NCBI GenBank assembly: GCA_038247415.1 | Contig: JBBRUX010000018.1 | Location: 8,633-72,632 of the forward strand | Length of the DNA: 64,000 nt | Direction: 5' to 3' | From: Chitinivibrionales bacterium | Lineage (GTDB): Bacteria > Fibrobacterota > Chitinivibrionia > Chitinivibrionales > WJKA01 | Shown here: positions 41,759-50,617 of the stretch, piece after piece | Layout: the number at the start of each line of letters is the position of its first letter | How positions within the stretch are numbered: the stretch's first letter is position 1 | Position numbers and translations under genes: made by a program | Notes under the pieces: generated by a model | Seen by the model: the letters and a program-made list of their open reading frames with translations, nothing else | Told to the model about the DNA's origin: nothing | The model's database searches: none

Positions 41759-42364
41759 ATGCGTATTGTCAAAAATTTTAAAAACACTCTCACCTATCTC
41801 ATTATTTCTGTGAGTGTAATTCTTGCATGTTGTATTGTTAGCTGTAGTCCCCGCGCTTCTTTTTTTCCTGGCAGCTACCTTAAAAACGATCGAATATATA
41901 CCAATAAGGCAATTGGATTCTCCCTCTTGTTCCAAGGCTCATGGAATATCATGACCGAACAAAAATCTTTTACACCTGTTGGTAAAAAGCTTTCGCTTGA
42001 TCTTTCAAAACTAGGCGCAGAACTTCTTTTTATGGGATCAACAACCGAAGGAACTCAGGGAACAAGAGCAATAGCCGCTCATCTTAATCTGCCAGCCCTT
42101 ACCTATGCCGAAAAAATTAGAGCTGCAAACACCTCAGAAGTTTCAGCCGATTCTGGCATAACCGAGTTTACTGGCGCTTTGTTACCTATGGTGCGTTGGG
42201 AATACTGGACAGGAGGGTTTCATTTTGTGGAATTTTTTATGCAGATCGAAACGTATAATATCCGCATTGCATTTTGGGCTTCAAACGAAACATTCACTCA
42301 ATTTATACCAATTTACGAATCGATGATTCGATCAATTGAAGTTGTTTCGCCTACCGTCTATTAA
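41759..42364 (+). CDS. Hypothetical lipoprotein
   Basis: IVSC lipobox-like signal; YTNKAIGFSL motif. Confidence 0.6.
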   Translation: MRIVKNFKNTLTYLIISVSVILACCIVSCSPRASFFPGSYLKNDRIYTNKAIGFSLLFQGSWNIMTEQKSFTPVGKKLSLDLSKLGAELLFMGSTTEGTQGTRAIAAHLNLPALTYAEKIRAANTSEVSADSGITEFTGALLPMVRWEYWTGGFHFVEFFMQIETYNIRIAFWASNETFTQFIPIYESMIRSIEVVSPTVY

Positions 42365-42376
42365 CACGTTTAAAAT

Positions 42377-42407
42377 TGAACAGAGGCACCCACGGTGCCC
42401 CTGTTCA
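42377..42407. terminator. Hairpin between convergent genes
   Basis: TGAACAGAGGCACC-cac-GGTGCCCCTGTTCA. Confidence 0.7.
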
Positions 42408-42420
42408 TAAACGTTACGTC

Positions 42421-43311
42421 TTAAGCTCCGTGCTTTTCTTTCATACGAGTAAGAACATCCTGCAAGGTACCACTAAAGGGTCCTGGTTTTTCCATCTTGA
42501 TTGATACAAGTGCTGCAGCAAACTTAAGTGAATACGCTACATCATTATCAAAACGTGAACAAAGATATGCTGCAAAGGTTGTATCGCCTCTGCCAGTACG
42601 TCCGGTAACGTTGCTATTTGAGAATTTCTCGTAGTACGTTTTTCCGTTCACGCGAGCCAAAACACCCTCAGATTTAGTGATCATGATTTCTGGACAGCCC
42701 CAGCTCTCAACAATAAGGGCTGCTTTCTCTAAATCATCGGTACCCGTAAGAAGTTTTGCTTCTACAATATCGAGCTTAAGCTTTTCCATGAGCCCTGCAA
42801 TTTCTTTCTTTGCAGCAACGTCGGCAAAGGAGATTTCGCGGCTGTTTAGATCGACCTGGCGAACAAAGCTCTGCATATCTGTTGACACATGATACCCAGC
42901 TTTTTTAAGATCATGCATAAAAGGCAAAGAAAACTCCTGATCGGTGATACCTGCCAAATGCAAAGCGCTGGTCTCTAGAGCAGGCATATCTGCGATAGTG
43001 AAAAAACCAGAACTCTTGCGCTGGAACATTTGCCTAACGTCGACATCTGCCGTTGGGTGGATGACATTCATGTATGTTGTTTCGGGGGTTTCGATAAGAA
43101 AACAATCGATCCCGGCGTCTTGCATGGGCTTAAGAATGTGTTCGTCGGCTTTTGCCATGCGAGTTACGCATGCAACTTTTTTACCTGCGCGAACCGCAGC
43201 CATGGCACCACATAAAACGGCACTTCCCGGGGCAATACGTGTTTCGCCTTTGTACTCAACAATCTCGTCGTAACACATGTGTCCTACAAATGTCACGTCA
43301 TACTGCTTCAT
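42421..43311 (-). CDS. PfkB family carbohydrate kinase
   Basis: PGSAV N-terminal motif, GRTGRGDTTFAAY anion-hole motif. Confidence 0.9.
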   Translation of the reverse strand: MKQYDVTFVGHMCYDEIVEYKGETRIAPGSAVLCGAMAAVRAGKKVACVTRMAKADEHILKPMQDAGIDCFLIETPETTYMNVIHPTADVDVRQMFQRKSSGFFTIADMPALETSALHLAGITDQEFSLPFMHDLKKAGYHVSTDMQSFVRQVDLNSREISFADVAAKKEIAGLMEKLKLDIVEAKLLTGTDDLEKAALIVESWGCPEIMITKSEGVLARVNGKTYYEKFSNSNVTGRTGRGDTTFAAYLCSRFDNDVAYSLKFAAALVSIKMEKPGPFSGTLQDVLTRMKEKHGA

Positions 43312-43335
43312 AAAACTCCCTTTTGTTAAAAAAAA

Positions 43336-44688
43336 TCAAGGCATCATTTCTGATCGTGGTGGATTAAAATACCCCAATTTTACCTGGGAATAGTTTTTTC
43401 GCATATACGCAACCCATACAGCCATACCGAGGGGGCTCTCTTGTGCAGGAATTTCTCCCATCTCTTTTCCATACCAGAGCGGATCGATATTCAAATTGCG
43501 TGTTTGAATCATTGAAAAATGGCTTTTCGCATATAAAATTTCCAGTGCAGCCAATTCAGAAGGCAGATCGGTAAATCCGGGGAGCATAAAATAATTAATC
43601 GAACTAAAGAGCCCTCTATCGTGCGCAACACAAAGCGTTTGCATAACATCATCAAAATCATACCCTTTGGGCCTATAATAACTCGTATAACACGCTTTTC
43701 GTGCGCTGCTCAAACTTACCCGAATACTATCGAGGCCAACCGCACACAACCGTTCTACTTTGTGAGGGAGGCTTCCATTCGTGTTGAGATTAATGACCCC
43801 ACATTTCGTTTGCTTCCTGATTTCGATGATAGATTCTTCGATCAAATCTGCAAACAGGAGCGGCTCGCCCTCGCACCCTTGGCCAAAACTTATCACGGGC
43901 CTATCGGCAGTTTCCAAGTGATGCACCGTGAACTCCACGATTTCTTTAACCGTTGGAACAAAGGTCATGCGATCGTGAGCAGCTTTAATGCCCGAGCCAC
44001 AGGGTTGTTCCGAAATACATCCTAGACATGCAGCATTGCATGAAGTACTTATGGGCACAGGACACTCGTATCTGCCAAGCACAAGATTGCGCGCGGCGGG
44101 GCATCCATACCGAAAGACGCAATCGTCAACAAGATGTTCCACAAGCCGGTTCCCTGAATATTTTTTGCGCACTGCATGCGCTTTTCGCGCCACCTTATCT
44201 AAATCTACCCCATCAAGATCTTGCCGAGAATCCTTGTCGATACGCATTCCAGCAACAACAAATCCTTTTTTTGTAAAAGCCGCGGCCGTATATGCAAAAA
44301 GAGGCAACACATTCGAATTCGCCGATTCTTCATACGCTGCTGTTGCCAATTGCACATATGCCGGAGCCATAAACGCTCCAACGGCAAACACCTCTTCGCC
44401 CTGATAGGTATCTACGGGAATACATTTTTGTTGAACAGGATCGTACCCAATTGGTTTACGATCGGGAAGAATAAAAAGATCGCTTCCACACGGAAGCTCT
44501 AGTAATAATTGAGAATCGAGAGGAAAAAGTCTATCCCCTGCCATCCCTGCGGCAGCAAGTTCGGGAATTTCGAATATATCACCTGATTTTGTTGCGACCA
44601 ATAACTGTGGATATGCTGCACTATGTTTATGCGAGGATTTTTTAGAGGAGACAGATTTTTTAGCAAGAGTTGTTTTTGCAGGTGCCAT
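43336..44688 (-). CDS. Radical SAM protein (uncharacterised family)
   Basis: CNAACLGC CX3CX2C, SFGQGCEGEP, NLNTNGS, RNLNIDP. Confidence 0.9.
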   Translation of the reverse strand: MAPAKTTLAKKSVSSKKSSHKHSAAYPQLLVATKSGDIFEIPELAAAGMAGDRLFPLDSQLLLELPCGSDLFILPDRKPIGYDPVQQKCIPVDTYQGEEVFAVGAFMAPAYVQLATAAYEESANSNVLPLFAYTAAAFTKKGFVVAGMRIDKDSRQDLDGVDLDKVARKAHAVRKKYSGNRLVEHLVDDCVFRYGCPAARNLVLGRYECPVPISTSCNAACLGCISEQPCGSGIKAAHDRMTFVPTVKEIVEFTVHHLETADRPVISFGQGCEGEPLLFADLIEESIIEIRKQTKCGVINLNTNGSLPHKVERLCAVGLDSIRVSLSSARKACYTSYYRPKGYDFDDVMQTLCVAHDRGLFSSINYFMLPGFTDLPSELAALEILYAKSHFSMIQTRNLNIDPLWYGKEMGEIPAQESPLGMAVWVAYMRKNYSQVKLGYFNPPRSEMMP

Positions 44689-44837
44689 AAATAAAATTGG
44701 GATCTAAAAAAAGAAAAAGAATTTACCGTACTTCAGATATATCCCCGCCTCGAGATAAAAACAGCACACGTACGTATGCTGATCGACTTACTTAAACAAT
44801 AAAAATATATATGTTGGAAGAATTAGTGTTTTGTTGA

Positions 44838-44924
44838 CAAGTATGGTGATGACAATGTGCCAAGCCCTGAAAGCTCGTGGACCGGGGATCGGTGCGCTAC
44901 ATCGGCAAGCGGTGTCCGCCCTGA
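44838..44924 (+). pseudogene. 3' remnant of a paralog of the GntR/LacI regulator
   Basis: Reads KLVDRGSVRYI...*, matching ELVDRGSVRRI* of 47344-48792; 23-bp exact identity. Confidence 0.6.
44874..44896 (+). repeat. 23-bp direct repeat, copy 1
   Basis: CTCGTGGACCGGGGATCGGTGCG, identical to 48760-48782. Confidence 0.9.
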
Positions 44925-45547
44925 TCAAAGACGCAATATCATGTTCACGGCAGCCCGCTCCCAGTTGCGGTTGAAAAGCCCCACATCCCACGATGCCCAG
45001 GTTACTGCATCGTCGGTCTCATGTCTGTTACTGCCCAGCAAACCTGCGCAGGCGTGCGGGCCTAGTGATAGGTAGATGCCCACTTTAAGGCCACGGCTGT
45101 GGACGTAGTCGACGAGCCGCTTCATATCCCGAAAATTCTCGTTTGGCTGAAGGATACCGCTGCTGTCGCGCCTCCCCTGCCATCCGTCGTCAATATTGAC
45201 GTTATGCATAGCCAGAGCGATTCTCGACTCGTGTCATCACCCGAAAGGTCTTCGACTGCTTCATGACTCCGTAGATAATCCCTAAATCGGGATCGAGGCT
45301 TAGCCCGGGCGGTTGCTGGAATGCGGTAGAGAAAATCCCGGTTACGGCTTCCACCAACGATGCGCGGTGCCGTGGAGGTCAATGAGCATCTCGCTGACGA
45401 CATGCGTGCCGACACCACATGGATAGCTGGTGCCCTTGAGAGAAAGCGGACTTCCAGCGCATGACCTTCGAGCATGCGCGCTCCACCATCCTTGGCTAAC
45501 CAAAGAAAGATCAAGCGCATGCAGTCAGACTGCGTTTGGCAGCGCAA
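44925..45547 (-). pseudogene. GH27 alpha-galactosidase remnant
   Basis: NIDDGWQG, DMKRLVDYVHSRGLKVGIY, GPHACAG..GS, TWASWDV, plus upstream FLYRIPAT (He_PIG-like) in another frame; large parts missing. Confidence 0.8.
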
Positions 45548-45681
45548 CAGCAGATGTAAAAAAACGGGAATCAGTGGAGCAAACGCGGCCGCGAATCATT
45601 CGACATTCCTTTTTAGTCAAAAAAAACTACATTCCTGAGCAGGGTCATTGACTGCAGATCGTTGTGGTTCGATGACACCCA

Positions 45682-47064
45682 CTACTGCATAATCGTGATG
45701 GATCGCGTGAGGTGGTTTCGTCCCGAAGCCACCGAAAGTCTGTATACGCCCGCACTCAGAGTCCGGGTGTCGATGGTAAGTGTGTTCGCTCCTGCCCATT
45801 GACGCACAAGCCTTCCGCTCGCATCGGTCAGCCGCACAACCGCTTGCACGTCAGACTGAGTATTGATGAGGATCAGGCTACCGATTGCTGTCAATTGCAT
45901 TATTGACTTACCGGCCGGAACATTCTGACCCAACGAGGGCTCAATACTGACTGGAGTTCCTGAGATCCAACCATCGCCGACAACATCCCGTTTTCGAACA
46001 TCGCAGGTGGTGACGCGCACGTACTTCTCGACAGCTCTGTAATCGGCGGTAAACTTACCCAGGCAGAAAACACCCGTTCCGCATGAATCCTTCTGTTGGT
46101 CTCCCTTCAGCGCGGCTGGACTGGAGTCGAAGATCCGTCCATCCGAATAGTTCCAGATAACCAATGGGTAGCTATTGGTGAAAAACAGCGGTTGATTGGT
46201 CCATCGGGGCAGAACACAGTCATGGTCGTACCCCGCGCTGTTGAAATCGATGTTCCCGGGCATCTTGTCGATCCGCACATCCCAGTTGTCCGTGCCAAGA
46301 GCCGGGGCCCACATCCGGATAACATCATGGTCGCTGCGCAGATAGAAGAAGCGATAACTGTTGTCGGGCGCCATATTCGGCTGACACCCGAAAGGATCAG
46401 CTACATGCCTGTCATATTTTGTTCCGCTCACCATGTCGACGATCTTGGTATTGGGCCAGGGTATCTCGGTCCCAAGATAGCGCCCGTCGGCGGAGACGCC
46501 CAGAGGAAACTTCATTACATCGCTTGCAGTGTAGGCCGTGGTTCTTGCCGAGATGTCTGCGGAGTAATCAGCTTTAAGGGGAATAACAGAGAGTCGCTTA
46601 CCGTCTGCAGAGAGAGTATAGACATATTACTTATCGGTTGAGGAATCGTAGCGGCAGTGAACTACTATGTAATCGCCACCGTCAAGAAGTTTGCGCTTAT
46701 CAGAGATACCCGCGTAGTCCTTTATCCATGCGCAGGTGTTGGCTTTATCTGACCAGATCACACATTTTCCGCTTTTGCGGGTGATGCGCGGGCTGAAATG
46801 ATAGCCTATGTCTTTTTCCAGATACCTCTCGACGCCCTCGTCGGTGCTAAATACTACCAGTTGCGTAAAGGCATTTTTATTCTCACCGTCAGAAGTCCGG
46901 TAGGGTTTGATTGGATTGTACGCGCTGTCGCACCATGGATAGCGTATCCAAACTAGCTTCGTTTGGGCATTACCCGTGAGAGCAAGAACATCAGATTTCG
47001 TATCCGCCGGCACGTACTGCACCAATGCGGCAACTATCAAAGTCAGAAAGCAAAGATATTTCAT
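45682..47064 (-). pseudogene. Secreted beta-propeller-like protein with T9SS C-terminal domain, interrupted by one in-frame TAA
   Basis: ORFs 46627-47097 and 45682-46515 share a frame and are joined by 37 sense codons after TAA at 46627-46629; tail RLTDASGRLV...LSAGVYRL. Confidence 0.8.
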
Positions 47065-47343
47065 ACCAGCTCCTTTGGGAAAGTTACACATGTGCATGTC
47101 ATAATTATAGCGCGCTTCTGCTACTAGAATTAAGCCTCATTGCAGAATCTGGGCCAGGTCTGTCGGATTATCAGCATCTAATGAACGCTCATGTGCTCTC
47201 AGCAGGGCATAGTAAGTGCTGCTTGAACAACCAATTTACCCAGGCCTTTTTATCTAAATTTACTCTAGCCAACGAGTGATAACGTATACTTTGGTTATCA
47301 TATTATCATTTGTATAAGGTAAAACCTTCCCCGGAGAACCCGC

Positions 47344-48792
47344 GTGCGAAACACCGAGCCTCCTTTAACGACCGTTCTTGCCGACCGCTTGATGAGGATG
47401 CTGGCTACTCGGTGGAATGTCTCATACCCCACAATGTGGAAGGCGGTTCGTATCCTTGCCGGCAAGGGGATCATTGAGTCCCATAAGGGTGCTGGGATCT
47501 TTCGACCCGGCACATACCGCGCCAGTCATAACGTCCCATGTCCGGCGATGCCCTTTACCGATGAGCTTCGTTCCCTCATCACCGACGGCACCTATCATAC
47601 CGGCGAGTTCTTGCCGAAGGTCCGGTACTTCACCATCGGGGGGAAACATTCGGCAACGACTGTTGTCAAGTCTTTTAGCGAGCTTGCTCTGGAAGGAATC
47701 GTGCACAAGCAAGGCAAGCAATGGGTTGCGGGAAAAGCGATGGTGCCAGTTTCGCAGTCGGGCGAGGAAGGACCCGTGGTTATCTTTCTTGTCCTTAATG
47801 ATTCGTACTGGTCAATAATGTTCAGGCAACCTTTCACCTCGCCTTTCGTTTCGGCCCTCGCAAGCGAACTATTAAAGCACCGGATCGGGCTCACCGTGGC
47901 GGCCATCCAGAAACAGAAGAACGAACTGAGCGCGCTGCCGGCGGCCGAGGAACAGATACTGCCATTAATCCGCAGGCTCGGGAACCGGTATCAGGGAACA
48001 ATTGTTACCTTCTTTCCTCACGACCTGCTTTCGCAATGGGTAAAGTTACTCGCCCGGTTCTGCAGACCGGTGATCAGCTATAACATGACTAACGAGCGAA
48101 CTAGCATCTCTGCTAAGTCGCTGTCGCTTAAAAAAGGAGCCTTCACCGGGGTTTATCTGGATGAGGAAGCAGCAGTCAAGTTGGCGCTCGAACGACTTTC
48201 CGCATTCGGCCACACGATTATTGGCGTGCCTGTGTACACTGCGACGGGGCACGAGGGGGCCCGCCGGCGCATGGAGACGATACGAGCATGTGCATTGGGA
48301 TGCTTTCCAGACATTCGAATAGTTGAAACCGAACAGCTCGAGCCCTGGTGGAAATTCGGCAGTGTTTCGTCTATCCCCGAATTCGTTGCCTCAATAGGAC
48401 TCTCGCCCGCAGAAAGCGCATGGATTCCTGGGAGCCCTCTTCCCGTCAAGCTGCGTAAGGCGCTCATGGAACTGACCCCATCGATGCAATCGCTTGTGGA
48501 TCACCCGGGACTAACTGCCGTTATCGCGCTCAACAACGACATGGCCCGAAAATACTACTACTGGTGCCTACTGATGAACATCACCATTCCCAAGCAGCTA
48601 TCCATGATCTCCTTTGACAACACTCTTGAATCCGTCACTTTTCCGATTACGACAATCGACTTCGGTTTCCCCAGGCTAGGCTATCTGGCCGCGCATATCC
48701 TGATCGGCGATATTCCTGTGAAGACCGATAGACAGGGGCATGTGCCCGGCGTGTGCGAACTCGTGGACCGGGGATCGGTGCGGCGGATCTAA
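47344..48792 (+). CDS. Transcriptional regulator: tandem GntR-type wHTH plus LacI-type sensor domain
   Basis: NVSYPTMWKAVRILAGKGII and GTYHTGEFLPK...TVVKSFSELALEG; C-terminal IPKQLSMISFDN, ITTIDFG, LVDRGSV; GGAG 7 nt before the GTG. Confidence 0.85.
   Translation: MRNTEPPLTTVLADRLMRMLATRWNVSYPTMWKAVRILAGKGIIESHKGAGIFRPGTYRASHNVPCPAMPFTDELRSLITDGTYHTGEFLPKVRYFTIGGKHSATTVVKSFSELALEGIVHKQGKQWVAGKAMVPVSQSGEEGPVVIFLVLNDSYWSIMFRQPFTSPFVSALASELLKHRIGLTVAAIQKQKNELSALPAAEEQILPLIRRLGNRYQGTIVTFFPHDLLSQWVKLLARFCRPVISYNMTNERTSISAKSLSLKKGAFTGVYLDEEAAVKLALERLSAFGHTIIGVPVYTATGHEGARRRMETIRACALGCFPDIRIVETEQLEPWWKFGSVSSIPEFVASIGLSPAESAWIPGSPLPVKLRKALMELTPSMQSLVDHPGLTAVIALNNDMARKYYYWCLLMNITIPKQLSMISFDNTLESVTFPITTIDFGFPRLGYLAAHILIGDIPVKTDRQGHVPGVCELVDRGSVRRI
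48760..48782 (+). repeat. 23-bp direct repeat, copy 2
   Basis: Identical to 44874-44896. Confidence 0.9.
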
Positions 48793-48850
48793 CAAAAAAT
48801 CCAAGGACGCCATCCGAGCAATCCCATCGGCAGACTTGCTGGAGTTGTGG

Positions 48851-48938
48851 TGGCGTAATTATTTTCATGTATGGCGCAATTGGCTCAATTATCTAGCTTG
48901 TGGCGCAATTGGCTCAATTATTTTATTTATGGCTCAAT
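48851..48938 (+). repeat. Array of six 9-mer direct repeats TGGCKYAAT
   Basis: Copies at 48851, 48872, 48881, 48901, 48910, 48930. Confidence 0.85.
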
Positions 48939-48977
48939 AGCCTGTACCGCACATGTTTTTTGCAGAGGAGGATGTCA

Positions 48978-50315
48978 ATGACGCTCTCGGAACCCATCAT
49001 CTATCCCGAACGTGAGGGAAAATGCGTTGAGCTCAAGGAGAAGATTCCGGACTTCGGGGCACTTCTCAAAACCTGTGTTGCGTTCGCCAATTGCGCGGGC
49101 GGTGAGATCATTCTCGGGGTAGAGGACAGCACCCGCATCGTTCTGGGAATCGACGATACATCGCGCGATCGTATATATGACGATTTCCCAAACAGCGTCT
49201 ACGATTCAGTCAGTCCCGCGTTGACGCCGCAAATCATGGAGCGCAATATCGGGGGTGTGGAAGTTCTAGTCATCAAGATCTACCCGGGTACCAAGAAACC
49301 CTACTTTCTTAAATCAGCAGGGACTCCCCAAGGCATCTGGGTTCGTGTTGGTTCGTCAACGCGTCGAGCCTCGTCCGAAGTCGTCGAGGAACTCATACGG
49401 GAACAGCGTCGTGTCGTATTTGACGAAGAGTCAAGCGAACATGATCGAGCGGTGCTTTCGTCGGAACTTTTGCATCATTTCTATGGACGGACGACTTCCG
49501 AGCGCCGACTCATGGCCGATCATATCCTAGTTGCTTCCGGGGACCGGTTAACTGTCTCTAATGGCGGCATTCTCATGTTCTGCGAGAAACCTCAGGACTA
49601 TATTCCCGAAGCCATTGTTGTATGCACCCGTTTTGCCGGCGTGGATGGTAGGAATATCATAGAAACTACCGAATTGTCTGGCCCAGTTCCACAGCTTGTC
49701 GATCTGGCGCTAGACTTCACACTCTCCATGATAGAAAGAGACTATGTCCTGAGCGGGGCCCGTCTCAGCGGAAAATATTTGGTGCCCGCTGAAGCGATAC
49801 GTGAAGCAATCGTCAACGCTCTCGTTCATCGGAAGTACTCCATAGCGGGATCTGTCAAAATCGCCCGGTTCGACGACCATCTGGAGATTTTCAGTCCCGG
49901 CGCATTCCCTGGGATAATCTCTCTGGCCAACGTGGGCGACGGCACGACATTCCTGCGCAACACCGTGGTGGCGCGCATCGCGCGGAAGATGAAACTGATG
50001 GAAAAGCTGGGGATTGGGATACACATCATGATTGACTCTTGCTTAAAGGCCGGCTTGTCCGCACCCATGTTCTCCGAAGATGGCGACTTCGTCAAGGTAA
50101 CCTTCCGCTTTCGAAAGAATACCGCGGACGCGCCGATTGATCGGAAGCAAATTATTAAAATTATCTGCGCTGAGGGGGAGATCAGACCCGGAGCACTCCT
50201 GCATACCCCCGGGATGACACGAAGGAGCCTGTCCCGCATGCTTTCTTCTCTGGTCAAAGACGGGTTGGTCGTTCGGCACGGCTCAGGTGCGGGAGTTCGG
50301 TATTTTCCGGCTTAG
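48978..50315 (+). CDS. AlbA_2 (Schlafen-like) plus HATPase_c_4 plus wHTH protein (commonly annotated RecG-like ATP-binding regulator)
   Basis: EGKCVELKE, AFANCAGGEIILGVED, REAIVNALVHRKY, LEIFSPG, RNTVVA, MEKLGIG, C-terminal wHTH; GAGGAGG RBS. Confidence 0.9.
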   Translation: MTLSEPIIYPEREGKCVELKEKIPDFGALLKTCVAFANCAGGEIILGVEDSTRIVLGIDDTSRDRIYDDFPNSVYDSVSPALTPQIMERNIGGVEVLVIKIYPGTKKPYFLKSAGTPQGIWVRVGSSTRRASSEVVEELIREQRRVVFDEESSEHDRAVLSSELLHHFYGRTTSERRLMADHILVASGDRLTVSNGGILMFCEKPQDYIPEAIVVCTRFAGVDGRNIIETTELSGPVPQLVDLALDFTLSMIERDYVLSGARLSGKYLVPAEAIREAIVNALVHRKYSIAGSVKIARFDDHLEIFSPGAFPGIISLANVGDGTTFLRNTVVARIARKMKLMEKLGIGIHIMIDSCLKAGLSAPMFSEDGDFVKVTFRFRKNTADAPIDRKQIIKIICAEGEIRPGALLHTPGMTRRSLSRMLSSLVKDGLVVRHGSGAGVRYFPA

Positions 50316-50432
50316 GGTTTGCGTATGTGCCCAAGGATTCTAGCCGGGAACGTCAACTGCTCTGCTTGAATAATTTCGACGTGGATCTGTACCGCATTGA
50401 CGGATCCCGCCTCTGGTTAATCCAATATTAAA

Positions 50433-50472
50433 AAGTCATAGCCCTTGCAGGGGATTGCTTGGGCTATGACTT
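50433..50472. terminator. Hairpin / terminator at the right edge of the island
   Basis: AAGTCATAGCCC...GGGCTATGACTT followed by a T-rich tract. Confidence 0.7.
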
Positions 50473-50617
50473 ATTTGTTTTAGAGCAGAAAGTAGAGATT
50501 TTTTGAACATGCAATACAGCAGACGCCTTCATTTCGCCACAAGATGCTCACGAATCGTATTATTTTATAGAGGAAGACCTACAAAGCATTCAAACTTTCA
50601 TAGAAAATCTAAGAACC

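Noticed and set aside
46627..46629. Stop-codon reassignment
   Set aside because: TAA terminates many clear genes in the window (e.g. rpsT, cobO, GH94)
48851..48938. Possible CRISPR array
   Set aside because: Repeats are only 9-21 bp with 0-12 nt spacers, and no cas genes are present
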